Notes: a model not told the origin generated them from the letters alone. A DNA stretch of 56,073 nt, filler included, from Basidiobolus ranarum (GCA_040143965.1; 6 parts of 6 records of this genome joined end to end with filler, not necessarily neighbours in it); one strand, 5' to 3'. Positions 37,471 to 49,977 are shown, numbered from the whole stretch's first letter. Numbers and translations are program-made.

Positions 37471-38461
37471 AGCTCAGCTGGCAGTGGGGGGGGTGCGGGA
37501 AGGCCAGCGGGCGAGCCAGGCAGGTCTGCGGCGGGGTGTCAAAGGCGCGTGGGGGGCCTGGGTCAGGGGGGTCGGGTGCGCGATGGGGGAGGGGCACGAA
37601 GTATTCGGCGGCATCCGAGCATACGAGATCGCGCGGGACGAGGGCGTACAACATTACATTTATGCATCCACCGACTTTCCTCTGAAGAACATGGACTGGA
37701 ACGAAGAGTATCATTGGGGTCACAATGATGCAAAGGGCCGGGTGGCAGATTTCATCCAGTTTCAGGGCCAAGGTGGACGGATGACTAGCTGCAGTATTGT
37801 TACCGGCCCTTACATGGACATGCTATTCGACGTAATGTTTGCGCCTCATAAGCAGGAGGACGGATCGTATTTGTGGGCGAATCCAGCCGGTAAGCCTCAT
37901 TTCAGGACAAATATATTGCTAATCCGCTGACTTTGCATCTTTCCAACATTAGAGGATGGCAAGATCCCCTTGATCGCCATTGAGGACGGCGGACCCTATG
38001 CTCTGTGGATGTTCGATAATGTGAAGGAGTCTGCTGGCCTTTTCTTGAAGGTTGCGACGGACGAAGTTAGCTTTAAAGACATTGCGAGAACTTTTACCGA
38101 GGTCACTGGTAAGAAGGCGGCCCACGTCACGATCTCCTTTCCAGACTTCTTCGCCAAAGCCGAGCCTTGGCCAGGTGCGCCCGCGAACTTTGCGGCGGGC
38201 CCAAATGCCCATGGCGACGAATCATCCATGACTTTTGTCGAAAACTTCACCCCTTGGTGGAAATACTGGGGTCAGGGCAAAGCTGAGAAACGAGACTTCG
38301 CACTTCTTGACAAGATCCACCCAAACAGGATCAAGTCGTTGCGGGAATGGATGGAGAAGAACAACTACGACGGTACTCCTAAGTCAATATTGAAGGGGGC
38401 AAAGGATCTAAGGGATGCCCTGTCAGCAATGCAGGCAGAGAAAGAGAAGCAACAGTCTTAA
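37471..38461 (+). CDS. NmrA-like NAD(P)-binding Rossmann protein (Dikarya-type); 5' truncated; intron 37890-37952
   Basis: GIRAYEIARDEGVQHYIYAS, YHWGHNDAKGRV, TGPYMDML, DGKIPLIAIED, DIARTFTEVTGKKA and LLDKIHPNRIKSLREWM. Intron GTAAGC...GCTGAC...TAG. Confidence 0.85.
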
Positions 38462-39128
38462 GCATTTCAATCTCCTAGTAGTGGTAACTAATATTTACGG
38501 CTTGTGTATGCGTAAGCCATAACTAGACATAGTGCAGAACTTTTAGCTATTGTTCTTAGAAAACTAGAAAAAAGACTAAAAAAGTAAACATTTTTACTAG
38601 ATTATTACTAGATTTCTTAATTTGTAAAGAAACAGGTTCAATGGTAACTTATTCGAAAGATAACATAGCTACGTATAAGGCTCAGCTAAAGATTATATAG
38701 CGACAAGTCTGTGTTTTACTGAGAGCCGCAGCGTAAAAGTAGCAAGAAAATTCTATGGTATATCTAGCTAAGTTTAGACAGCTCTAGACTTGCTTTGGTG
38801 GCCCACTATTGAATATCGACCTCGTTACAATTGTCAGATCTCCGATCTCAAAAGGCCCGAATGTTGTTCAGGGTCACCTAAGTCACGGCAAAATAACCTT
38901 TGACGACTAAAGCATATCGCGTGACGGCACATCGCAAGAGTGGATGTCCTCAAAGTCTTCTGCTTCGACTTTAATTTCGCTGGGTATTTTCTGAGTATCA
39001 TTGTCATTCCTTTTACCACATGCTCCTGGGCTTTCTGGCTACTAGCTCCTATTACTGCGTCTATTGTTCGATTCTGCCAGAGCTCTCAAACTCTCACTTT
39101 GCAAGAGCTAAGCTGCCTACTAGCTTTA

Positions 39129-39848
39129 TTAATCTTTCTCCATCATTCTGAGCCCACTGTCAATCTGCTCCACTACATTACCATCCGTGTACTTCTTCCA
39201 CGCTCCGCAAGTCTGCGCCATTGCCAGTGGCACATCTTTACTCTTGAATTTGTGGGGCTGATCCATGATATTGCTATACAGGCCCTCACTCACATGCCTG
39301 TGTTTTCGTCAGCTTTCTCAGATCTCGCTGAAACTGCTTTTGTACGAGGCAAGCCCGAAAACAAAACCGTGTAAACATACCAAGCAATATGGCAATGCAG
39401 CGGCCATACACCCGGGTTGTCCATGACAACGTCAATCATGACGTATCCTCCACGCGGCAACATGACGGTATCGCGGCGCTTGGGATTGTCAGGACGCACG
39501 TAGGATGCTCCATCCCAGCGGCCGACACCCTCAGATACAACAAAGAAATCATGGCCGTGGAGGTGCATTGGCTAATTTGATTAGTATTTAGTCCTTAAGT
39601 GTTATTTTTTGGACAGCATAGGAACTTACATGTGATAAATGCGTTTCAAACTGTGAGATATTGTTGAGAATCATGCGCACTGTCTTATTTTTACCAAAAT
39701 TGTACACGTTCCATTCCGGGTTATTGGGGTAGCTCGTATTTCCCTGCTGCGTTAGAAGCATGAGCGGGTTATTACAGTTGCCGTGGAACGCCGGATCGTT
39801 CACCTCCCATTCCTGCTGGCCGGTGGCGTTGATGGTCTTGTTGATTCT
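39129..39848 (-). pseudogene. C-terminal fragment of an ascomycete-type laccase/multicopper oxidase; exons ~39630-39848, 39381-39571, 39129-39297
   Basis: Spliced L3 H|PMHLHGH and L4 [20 protein letters not shown]. The C-terminus is ...QIDSGLRMMEKD*. The N-terminal two domains are absent. Confidence 0.85.
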
Positions 39849-40010
39849 AAAGCCCGCATTCTTCATCCAACTGGCCAGTCTGTACTCTACTCAGTTCCCA
39901 ATGGTGTAGTCCAAGGCTCTGTTTTGGGGCCCATTCTCTTTGTAGTCTTCATTAATGACTTCCCAGAGCTCTCTCCAGGCTGCCTCATCACACTTTTTGC
40001 TGATGATATT
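39849..40010 (+). mobile_element. Non-LTR (LINE) reverse-transcriptase fragment
   Basis: GVVQGSVLGPILFVVFIND...LFADD. Confidence 0.8.
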
Positions 40011-40329
40011 AGGAAAACAAGAAAATGAGCAAAAAAATGAAAGCATGGTAACTCCACAATAATAATCAGCTACATATCTTTACTAGTACTATTGGCATTG
40101 CTCACTCTTGTGTTCTTTTTACAAGACAGTTGCTGTCATATAGTAAAATAGCCATTTTACAACCTGACCAACCTTGGATACTCATTACTCACACTGAGTC
40201 ATGCTCCTGTGAACTAGGAGCAATCATTGGGACCTTACTTCAGGTAATGAATAACAGCATAGTTGTAATCAAAATGCCCAGAGGGTAATGGCTGTTGGGA
40301 TGCAGTAATCATAGCTGGTTACAATATCA

Positions 40330-41860
40330 GCTATACACAATTGCCACCAGAAAGTGTATCAGCTTTAATACTACCAATGGCAACAGTGACTGACACGTCA
40401 GTATGATGGCCCATGGATTGCCTAATCTGGAACTGAACAAACCTATAGCCTAGTGAAGGCCAGAGCATGGTGGCCCCAAATGAAACAAGACATTGAAAAG
40501 CTAGTAAAACATGCTCAAACTGCCAAATAATCAGAGCCAACCACTTAGAATTGCTGAACTCTTCCCCATGGAGCCAGTGGGACCATTTGAGAGATGGGGA
40601 ATTGACTTTATTAAAAGACTTCCTACCACTCAGAGATGTAACCAATGGATATTAGTGGCTATATGACCATGGAACTAAGTGGCCAATTGCTAAAGCAGTT
40701 CCAATAGCCAGTGAGCAAGATTTGGCAAGGTTTATCTATCAGGAGATCATGATGAGATTTAAATGCCCTATGGAGATCTTATCAGACAGAGGAGCTAATT
40801 TTATGGTAAAAGCACTGGAATCATACCAGGAAATCCAACAGATCAGGCATCTAAAAACTTTGGCACATCACCCTAGAACCAATTGAGTATCCAAGAGATT
40901 TAATGGACTATTTGGAGAAATGTTGATCAAGTATGCCAGTGGAGTTGTCAGTAAATGGGATGACTACATTGACCAAGCATTATTTGCTTGCAGAGTTTGA
41001 GTACACAAAACAACCCAACAATTGCCATTTTATCTAGTATATGGATGTGAGCCCAGAATTCCAGGAGATCTCACCCAGCCAAAACTCACCAACACTTTGG
41101 AAGATGAACTCAGCCAGCCTAGTAGACAACAACAGTTGGAACAAAATGTCAAGAGGCACAGACTAAGCTGTATAAGAGTGCAGAAAAGATGAAGCAAAGA
41201 TTTGACAAAACTATATCACTAGAATCACTTACAGTTGGTAACTTTGTGTTACTAAGAAACAATACTTGGAAGAAGTTCAAGCCTCAATGAACAGGATAAT
41301 TCAAGATCATCAGAGAGTGTCCATTTGCAACTTATCAGCTGGTAGACAAGCAAGGAAATATCCAAGAAGACTTAATTCACAGAGATAGACTTAAGCTTGC
41401 AAGACTTCCTGACAATGTTAAACCATCAAGATACTGGTATCTTAAGAAAAGATATTCAGGAGAGCCATCTCAGCCTTAGTAGGGAAGAATGTTATGATCA
41501 TATGCTTAAATGTTTAAGTTAGATCACTTATTAGTCAAATTACTCAGTTTTATGTTAAGTCTATCAGTATATCAGTGCTATCTACCCAATTAGTAGCATT
41601 AGTCAACAGATTAATCAGTGGATCCTTATCAGTCAAGTATAGCTATATTTAGTAGAATATTACTGGATGATGATGATGCAATCAAGTGAGCCATCAGCCA
41701 CAGTCTACATTAGGAAATACAATTAGTCAGCACTTGATATGGCAAAAATGTATATCAAGGGCTGGCCAAACCTTAATAAAAAACAGTTCAAGTTTCAGTG
41801 AATACAGACTAGCTAAACTCCCTATTCCTCTACAATTCTAATAAATTAAGACTTGTAACA
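40330..41860 (+). mobile_element. Degenerate Ty3/gypsy integrase, PPT and 3' LTR (41490-41860)
   Basis: PFERWGIDFI, TKWPIAKAV, EILSDRGANF, HHPRTN and PFYLVYG. PPT AGTAGGGAAGAA. LTR bounded by TGTTA...TAACA with an AATAAA. Confidence 0.88.
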
Positions 41861-44800
41861 GTATTCAGCTCCATTTCTTTGCCAGTTGGTGTGACTTTAG
41901 CTCTCCTCCTCTTGCTGGAGCTGTTGTAGATTGCTTTAACAAATTATTTCCCACCATTAACAATATCAAGATATATGTGTGTAGTATAGTGTAAAATAGG
42001 GATATAGCACAGTATAAAGATAAGGTTTTTCAAAGAGTGATTAAGCCAGCTCTGGGATAGAAGGTGTTACTCTAATTTCAAACACAGGCACAGACTACTT
42101 TAGTGTACACTCAAAAGCTGGGTATGAATTCAATATATCAGCTAACACTTTCAATACAGTATTTAACTGACATGATTGGACTTTCTAAACCTTTCCAAGC
42201 CTCATGGCACCATAGATTTCTCTAGAAATTTTCATATGTTTATTTCTCAATTTAGATTTGGTGATGGTGGCTGCAATGGTGGTGTTCTGGTGATATAACT
42301 TTAGGCTCATAATTTGCAATTTGCATACCAAAATGTTGCTTACAAATCTTACTCCACCCCTGAAGATAATTTTCTCTCTCTCAACTATATGTTCACCTTC
42401 CTCAAGCAATGCCACCTATGTGAAGTTGTTGGCTGTTCCACCCCCAAATTGTAAGACATTCTCAAATCCATGGATCTTGTCTCCTACCTAGAGTTATATT
42501 CCAACAATATCCTCTTACATTACATAGATGCTACCCCTAAAGCACTCCAACTTGACTACTAGAGCAAAATCTCAGGCAACATCTTCCACAACAAAAGTAT
42601 GCTCTCCAACATAGAACTCTTAGATCTTAAACTCAAACCTTATGCCCTTATTAGTCACATCCTCCTCATAGAATTCCTTTACCTCCACAACTTCATGTTT
42701 CTCTAACAAATCATCCCTCCCAAATTCTTCCTCTCCTTTAACCATCTCATAAAAGCCACCAATACTATAGACCAACTTTATCTTATGCATCTCTCCAAAC
42801 CCTGATATTCCACCAAAACTTCCAATTCTCAGTTGTCAATCTCCTCACTCTCTGTGACTTCATTACTTCTCTTTTTGCCTTTAGATTGCTCTGGGCAAGC
42901 TGAAAAATTTGTTGTTATTGTCACATTGTCCTGTGGTTATTGTTGCTCCAAATTTGCCAATAGTTAAGTTGTGCATCCTCTGCTTGTTATAAACAGCTTG
43001 ATATCTTCCTCTTGTTCTATGCAAGCAATTATAATGCCAAAAAAACTACATATTTTTGTCATAATTTTAACTTGTTACAAATCTGGTAGTCTACTTATAC
43101 AGATGGTACATGACATTTCATTTGCTTGACTTATGAACTCATGTAATTGCTTGCTAGACAGCTTATTATTGGCTGTTTCACATGCTTTCATATGTTTCTA
43201 GTCCAAGTATACCACCCCCAAGATTTTGTATTGCAGAAATGTAGCACTCAGCTGCAAATCTGTTCTGAAGTTCTCAAAGGCATTTCTTTGCAGGTTTTGA
43301 AATCTAAGTAATGGTCTGCACTTCTCCTTTGAGCCTAATTGGTAATTTCTGGACCTACATACATTTAAGAACTTGTAGTAGTACTGGTATTGCTGCTTTT
43401 TTTATGATTCTCACCTCTTACTTCAGATTGACATGTTTCTGCAGTAGAGCATGTGCCTGCAGAGGTGCAGGTGCTTTGCTGGTAAAGTGAACCCCCTCTT
43501 CTTGTAGGAGTATTTGTGTATCAATCTTCAACTCTTCTACTCAATATTTGCTTTGTTTTGCGGAGTAGTTGATTCTACATTTGTCTTGAGATAGAAACCT
43601 CTTATTATATTGGGTTGTTGTTCTAATCCTCCACACCTACTTACAAGAGAATTATCACTATATTCTAAACTTATTACATTGCTTGGTGGATATGCTTGAG
43701 CAAAGTATCTTTATTTTGGCTTACTATTCTACTTGAATTTATGACAGATATTGTTACTGGTACAAATTCTGATATACGCCATGGTCTCCCTGACTATTGG
43801 TCATGCAAACAAATAAACATCAATGTTCAATGATCTACAGCGCACTTTGTTGTTGTAAACTGCCCTTCCTTTACCAAGAAGCTCAATTGAAATCAAACTC
43901 CATCAATGTATGCTGACTGCAATTGGGTACCATAGAGCATGCTATTAAATGTGCAACAAGACTTTGTGTTAACCAATTACTTGAATTTTTATGGCTCTTG
44001 AGAGTTGGCTACATACTCAATCTAGTAATACAAATTCTATGTGGATATATTAACCTTAAAAAATAGAATAATACTGATTACACTATTCATATGAGCAGTG
44101 TTTCTTGCACAAGTTATCACCCTAAACAACATTGAATACCTGGGCACCATCTTAGATTTTACTTATTGAAAAGTCCTTTTATAAATATTGGCAGTACCTT
44201 GCATTCATGATGCTTTTGTGAAGTGTCAAAACACAGGTGTAATGCAAGGCCTATAGTGCCCAAAAAGTATGGTATTGATTCTTGAAATAATTATTGAAAA
44301 ATATAGACCTTTTATGGTTGATGAACAACATGATGAGAACTGACTTTGATTAGTTATGTAAATATAAACAGAGGAAATAGAAGTCTACTTTAAGATTCAA
44401 TAGCTTTATAGTTGCCAAGAATATTGGCAAAGCATGTAATTAGTGGTAATCTCAAAAATCTAAGGTTAGGGTGTTAAGAGTTAGGATTGGTGAGGTTAAT
44501 CAGGAAGCAATGCTTTCCAGAGATGGGGGTAAAGAAGAGACAGCAGTGATATGAGGGACTGCATCCCCCACACCCCCTGCTTTGCTAAACTTCCCCCTTG
44601 GAAGTTCTTGATTTTGTCTGCTTTGTAGGCTATAATATGTCCATTGTTGAAATATTGGACTATTTGGTATCATTCTGCAGCTAAAATTTACTTAACAAAT
44701 TTGTAGTAGTCTTAGCACTTACAAAACCCTTTTACTGTTGTAACTTAGCTTAAATCTCCAGATGCAGTAGTATATGGATATTCCCCTATTGAAGATCAAA

Positions 44801-45149
44801 TTATCACTTTTATCATATGCAAAGCAGTAGCCCTGAGACTTGAATACTATCACCCTGAGAGTCTATAAGCACTCCTGAAACTGTATTACCATCATAGGGT
44901 ATAAATACAGAACTATTTCTTCAAGAAACAATAAGTTCAGATTAATTACCTTCCTTTTCTCCAAGTCCCTTGATATCACAAAGCTTCTTTAAATCTATTA
45001 TCCATATTCTACTTGCCAATCCAGAAATTCTAGGCTCCTTGCCTCTACACCCAGTGTCTGATATGTGGTGAGAAATATATTTTTAGCTTGCATATTATCA
45101 ACTTGTATTGCTGGATACTTCCCAAAAATACATAGTGCTTGTCATCAAA

Positions 45150-46150
45150 TATCTTTGTCATTGACTTGATCTACATTACCCAGTTTAGTAGCAGTCCTAC
45201 TGGGACTACAATGAGATTTAGTTTCCACTTGGGTGTCTCTATAATGAAACTTAATACCTGTAATATCCTTCCAAGCCCCGTAGAATCTGCTTGTAATGAA
45301 CTATTGTATAGGGCTTAGTATGCATGAGTCTATATACCCAAAATATCTGATGCTTCTTAAGAGAAACAGTGAGGCCCTGCACACTAACTGTGCAAAGACT
45401 GGATCATATTTGATCAAATAAAGTGACATATAGAGCTAATTTTCTCAGCATCACAGTGGCAGATAGTATCATGGCAATAGATCTCACAGCTGGGCATTGC
45501 ATTCAACTTGATATGATCACTTTGGATGACAACAGATCTATGTTACCTAAAATGATCATATATGACCTGACTTCCATTATATATATATAGCTAGTATAGC
45601 GCCTCTAGCTAACTTCCAAATGGCTCTTGATCATGTATTACATAATAGTTGTGTTGGAATATACACCATTCAGGATTATCAACTTCACTGACTTTTGACA
45701 GGCAATTGGCCATTCCAAATTTGACATATCAGTCATATCCTTTTCTCCCACTAATAATAGCCACCATAAATGAAGAGGTTCTCTTGGTTGCTAGCACAGC
45801 TATTGCCAATTCTATAGTTGTGTCTGGCTGCATTTGTGATTAACTTTCTGTTTGGAACAAGGAACTCCTTCACTTTGATGTTCTGACTATGATGTAAATT
45901 CTCAAGGGAAAAGGGTAGTAATTGTGGGCTAGAGTCTAATAGAGTGCAGCATTTCCTGCATGAATTGGACTTGTTGACATTTTGTAAATCTTTAATAGAA
46001 TATCCTCCATATATCAGAATATCTTGCATAGATGGTATTATGGTCATGGCTGAATAGCTGTGCTTTATTAATTGTAAAGCTGTAGCAATGTATATCTCAA
46101 TGATTTTTTGAAACTCCTTGCACTTTTCAACTTCCTGTGATGGCATATTT
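45150..46150 (-). pseudogene. Possible decayed Kelch-like repeat gene
   Basis: Fragments ILIYGGYS and LFIYGGYY in a CpG-poor, broken frame. Confidence 0.25.
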
Positions 46151-46523
46151 GTTTTGAGGTTACTTTATGATAGTTTTATGTTACTTTCTGCATTACTGGT
46201 AGTAGGCCTAACTAGGTGTATAGCAAATTTGTACTAGTAGCATATATTATCAATTCATACATGTATCTTATGCACCAACCTATCTAGCCTGTCATCCCAT
46301 GATTTTTGTGGAATAAATGATCATTTAGATACTGAACTCAACTACCCAATAGCATTTATTTTAGTTACAACAGCATTTATAATAGTGGTAACAACAGTAC
46401 AAGATATTTGATCTGCCTACTATTGATGATTATGATGGGTTATATCAAATTGTTACACTAATGGTAGCAAGAAAAAGCACTAAATTTCCAAAACATGTTG
46501 AGCTCCATCAGGCTCTACTACTG

Positions 46524-46727
46524 CCCTAACAAAAATAAAATTGATTTGATCCGGATCAGATCCACCCTCCAAAATAGCAAAACCATCAGAGAGCCGTCAC
46601 AATATTGCTGGCTTGCATTCTGCCAGGGATTTTGATGGTATGACGGCGGTTTCTTGACGGTATTTTAACGGTATTCGTACATGTTAAAATATTGATCCTC
46701 AAATTTGGCATGCGTTATTCAATAACC
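46524..46727 (+). mobile_element. Left end of the CACTA-like transposon (young, CpG-retaining copy), cut by the contig end
   Basis: Starts CCCTAACA, is colinear with 36052-36250 and carries GACGGT-like subterminal repeats. Confidence 0.75.
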
Positions 46728-46827
46728 NNNNNNNNNNNNNNNNNNNNNNNNNNNNNNNNNNNNNNNNNNNNTTAATTAATTAANNNNNNNNNNNNNNNNN
46801 NNNNNNNNNNNNNNNNNNNNNNNNNNN
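46728..46827. other. Artificial contig linker
   Basis: N44-TTAATTAATTAA-N44. Confidence 0.99.
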
Positions 46828-46869
46828 AAGGGCTGGACGAAGTTATCTCCTACTTGTATATTGTTTATC

Positions 46870-47425
46870 TTAAATCCAGGATTCTTTTTTGGACAGGTTG
46901 TTGCTACATGTCCAGGAGCTCCACAATAAAAGCATAGATTCTCTTGTTGGCATCAATATTTCTCCTCAGGGCTAAGCTTTCTGAAGCAAGTTCCATGAAT
47001 TAGCATTGGGTCATCTGCTTGAGCTGTATTTTGTGTTTGATTGAAGGGAGGTCTGAAAATAGATGATGAAGGAGAGAAGAAAGGAGCCATATTTCTTTGT
47101 TGGTGTCTTTCAAACAACCAGTTGTCACATTTAACTGCCTGGTGAATAGCATCAGTCAAGGTCACTGGGTCAGCCATAGTGAGTAAAAGATCCTTGATAT
47201 TTTCTTGGAGTCCATATTGTAATTGGTTGATCAGGGCAGATTCTCCTCAATTGAGATCTCAGGCAAGAAGGCAGAATTCTGCAGCATAGGTTGATGCAGG
47301 CTTCAACCCTTGTTTAAGTGCATGGAGCTTAGTGGCTGAAGTTCTATCCTTATCTGTATTTCCAAATGTGGCTTGCAATTTGGCAAGAAAGGCAAGGAAG
47401 TTTAAAAGCAGTGGAGATTGACCAC
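46870..47425 (-). mobile_element. Degenerate Ty3/gypsy gag with CCHC zinc knuckle
   Basis: FLAKLQATFG...LHALKQG...ASTYAAEF...GLQENIKDLL...LCFYCGAPGHVATTCPKK, with in-frame stops. Confidence 0.85.
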
Positions 47426-47483
47426 AAGTCACCAGACTTTCAACATTCGCACTCAAGCAGGATTTCCAGATTTAGCACTGACT

Positions 47484-47872
47484 GGGGCTCATGCCTATTG
47501 AGAAAATATGGGCTGTTTGGAGGAACTTTAGAAAAGTGGAGTTGCAAATAGCTTTGTGAGATAATTGTTTATTGTCCAGAAATAAAGCATTTATACTTTT
47601 TGGTGGAAATACAGAAAACTAACACTGTGGTTGTGTTCAGAACATCTGTGGGAGTAAAATGAGATATCTTTGGGGTAATTTGGACAAGTTTGAAATTTCC
47701 AATATGGAATTGCTATTCTCACATTATTCATATATGTATATAATATATGTTCTGATTTTCAGCTAAGTGATATTTGACTAAGTAATGTTAACTAACTTAT
47801 ATGTGATATATGAAATAGTTAGGTGTATACAGATAGAGATAACAAATATGATAAAGACAATAAACTTCAACA
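47484..47872 (-). repeat. Copia LTR (family A, 47496-47872) with PBS remnant (47484-47495)
   Basis: Reverse complement of 11672-11940. The minus strand ends TCAATA followed by GGCATGAGCCCC. Confidence 0.8.
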
Positions 47873-48149
47873 ATAACTAAGTACTAAGCTATAAATGACT
47901 TTATAGGTGCTTAGGCAATGCTAATTTCAACAAGAATGCATTAAGGAAGGTCTCAGGAGCTTGTGTGTAAAGTGTGGGGCTTCTAGCACAAGTTTGAAAA
48001 TCTGTATATCTCAGAACCTTTAAGTTGGTGTCAATGTTCTAAGCAAATTCCTTTTGAGAATATTGGGCAATATCATTGTTCAGTATAGGATAACTAAATC
48101 CTAAGCTATATATGACTATGTAGGTATTTAGGCAATGCTAATTTCAACA
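47873..48149 (-). repeat. Two nested partial copia LTRs (family B)
   Basis: Minus-strand TGTTGAAATTAGCATTGCCTAA starts at 47932 and at 48149. Confidence 0.75.
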
Positions 48150-48955
48150 GATTCACCTATGTTTGTGTTCTAATATTGGTCTGATACTGATTTTCATCTG
48201 AGTTAGTGCCTCTAGTTTATTAGGATTTTATATATTTGAATTCTCAGAAAACTAACAATTTCATAATTCAAGCCTCAAAGTCATTGAGGAAATATTACTT
48301 TACTTCTGCAGATGCAGTGTACGTTTTTGCATTGTTTGTTTTATACTTAAATCAAAAGGTATAAATACCTTATTCAGAGTGAATCAATAAATATTACAGA
48401 AGTTGATCTTAGCTAAATGGCCTAAAATATCTTTCATATATATAATGTTTACTCCATATTAATTTTCCAGAAAATTGGATATATTTCTTCCGCTAAACAT
48501 CTCAAACTCCATACTTGGAAGTAAATTACAATAGAAAAATATAGAGACAAATTCGGAGTGTGGGAGATAATATTATCCGACATTGCATGTACTTATTGTA
48601 CGTAGCAACTATGGTAGAGAAGCATACAAAGTAATGGCACCATCAATGAAACAATACGATATAGGAATTGATGTTGGAATATATGTAGCTTTGGTTAAAT
48701 TTGGACATAATACTTAATAAAGATATATCAGTGCGCTACTGCTTTGATAATAACGTTGAGTGTTGGCATTGATTCTTCAACGTATTCATTCAATATTTCA
48801 ATAATAATGGGGATACAGATAGTTTTGCAAGTTATGGGCTGATCTAAATTTGCTGAATACAAGACGCCATATGCAGCGCAACAAAATTTACCAGAGGAAT
48901 AATCACGGCTCTTGAACAATGCTAGCAATAACTTAATAGAACTGTTAACCTTGGA

Positions 48956-49977
48956 TTACCTTCGCTTTTGCTCAATCTCATGCCTCAAACGTTCGATCTC
49001 TTTATTTCGCTCTTGAAGCTCGCCTTGCAGATGGAGAATATGATCTACAGCTAAGGCAAAGTAAATAATGGTTTGAAGACTAGATTTAATGATTAGAATA
49101 TGCTAACCTTGTTTCACTAGAATCAGTTTGTTGGCCTTAGAATGGACAGTACGAGGGATTAGCATTCGTAACTCAGCTAAACTGGATTTGAAAGAATCAC
49201 GACGGTGCTGTTCGGCGGTTCGATGGTTCATCTTTCGTAGATATAGCGAATCTTGTCTAACAGAGATTTCATTTAACTTGTATAACATGCAAACTGGAGA
49301 TTGGTTGACTGTCACCTTACCTATGAGCTCCTGATGGCCTGGGTACACCAGTGCTTGTGATATCTAATTCAAGTCAGTTGATGATCGGGACATTACTTCT
49401 AATACTCAGACATACCTTCTGGGAGTAACGGGCGAAACTCAGCAGTTTTCTGTGTTTGGCCAGTGAATGACGAAGATGGAGGCTGGAAATGATTTGTTGC
49501 TATATTTGGCGCGGGAAATATTTCTTCGGCCGGGGACCGATTCGAAACTGCATTCTAAACTTTAGTGATATTTCGATCAAGAAAGATATGAATCTTTCTT
49601 ACAGTACCTTGTCCAGGATATACATCGAGGATATTCGAATTACTCATGTAATCTCCGACCACAGGGGGGTAAGAGGACTCATATGAAGCAAATGGAGTGG
49701 AACTGCTGTGAAAGGCTGTATGATCAGCTTTCGAGGTAACTTTCACATCATGAATGAGGAACTGCTGCTTCCGGAAATGAACCTCTTCGGTAGGCCATGA
49801 AGTACGATTAGAAGGGTACGGATTAGGTGAAGTGGAAGAATATGGATTAGATACAGTGGAAGGATATGGAGTAGAGGAGTACGAGATTGACTTGTCCATT
49901 TGTAAATGCGGGGCCACATCAGAAATAGGAGTGTTCATGGTGAGCTTTCTCCATGCATCTGTCAATTCGTGAGACAT
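48956..49977 (-). CDS. bHLH(-ZIP) transcription factor, Pho4/Max-like; ~5 exons
   Basis: RKMNHRTAEQHRRDSFKSSLAELRMLIP...SKANKLILVKQ|AVDHILHLQGELQERNKEIERLRHE. The Ser/Pro-rich upstream exons splice in frame. The last exon boundary is uncertain. Confidence 0.8.

Noticed and set aside
38940-39374. 144-aa hydrophobic plus-strand ORF
   Set aside because: Overlaps the last laccase exon and intron in antisense, has a non-ATG start and no recognisable domain.
37471-39848. NmrA-like gene plus laccase as a functional secondary-metabolite cluster of the host
   Set aside because: The laccase is truncated, both genes are partial, and the block may be contaminant. It is reported only as a foreign-looking segment.
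41900-45100. CpG-poor tract that is probably old retroelement debris
   Set aside because: Too degraded to assign a family or boundaries.
9278-46827. TTAATTAATTAA motif recurring every ~9.36 kb
   Set aside because: Artificial six-frame-stop linker between size-sorted contigs. It has no biological periodicity and implies no linkage between neighbouring segments.
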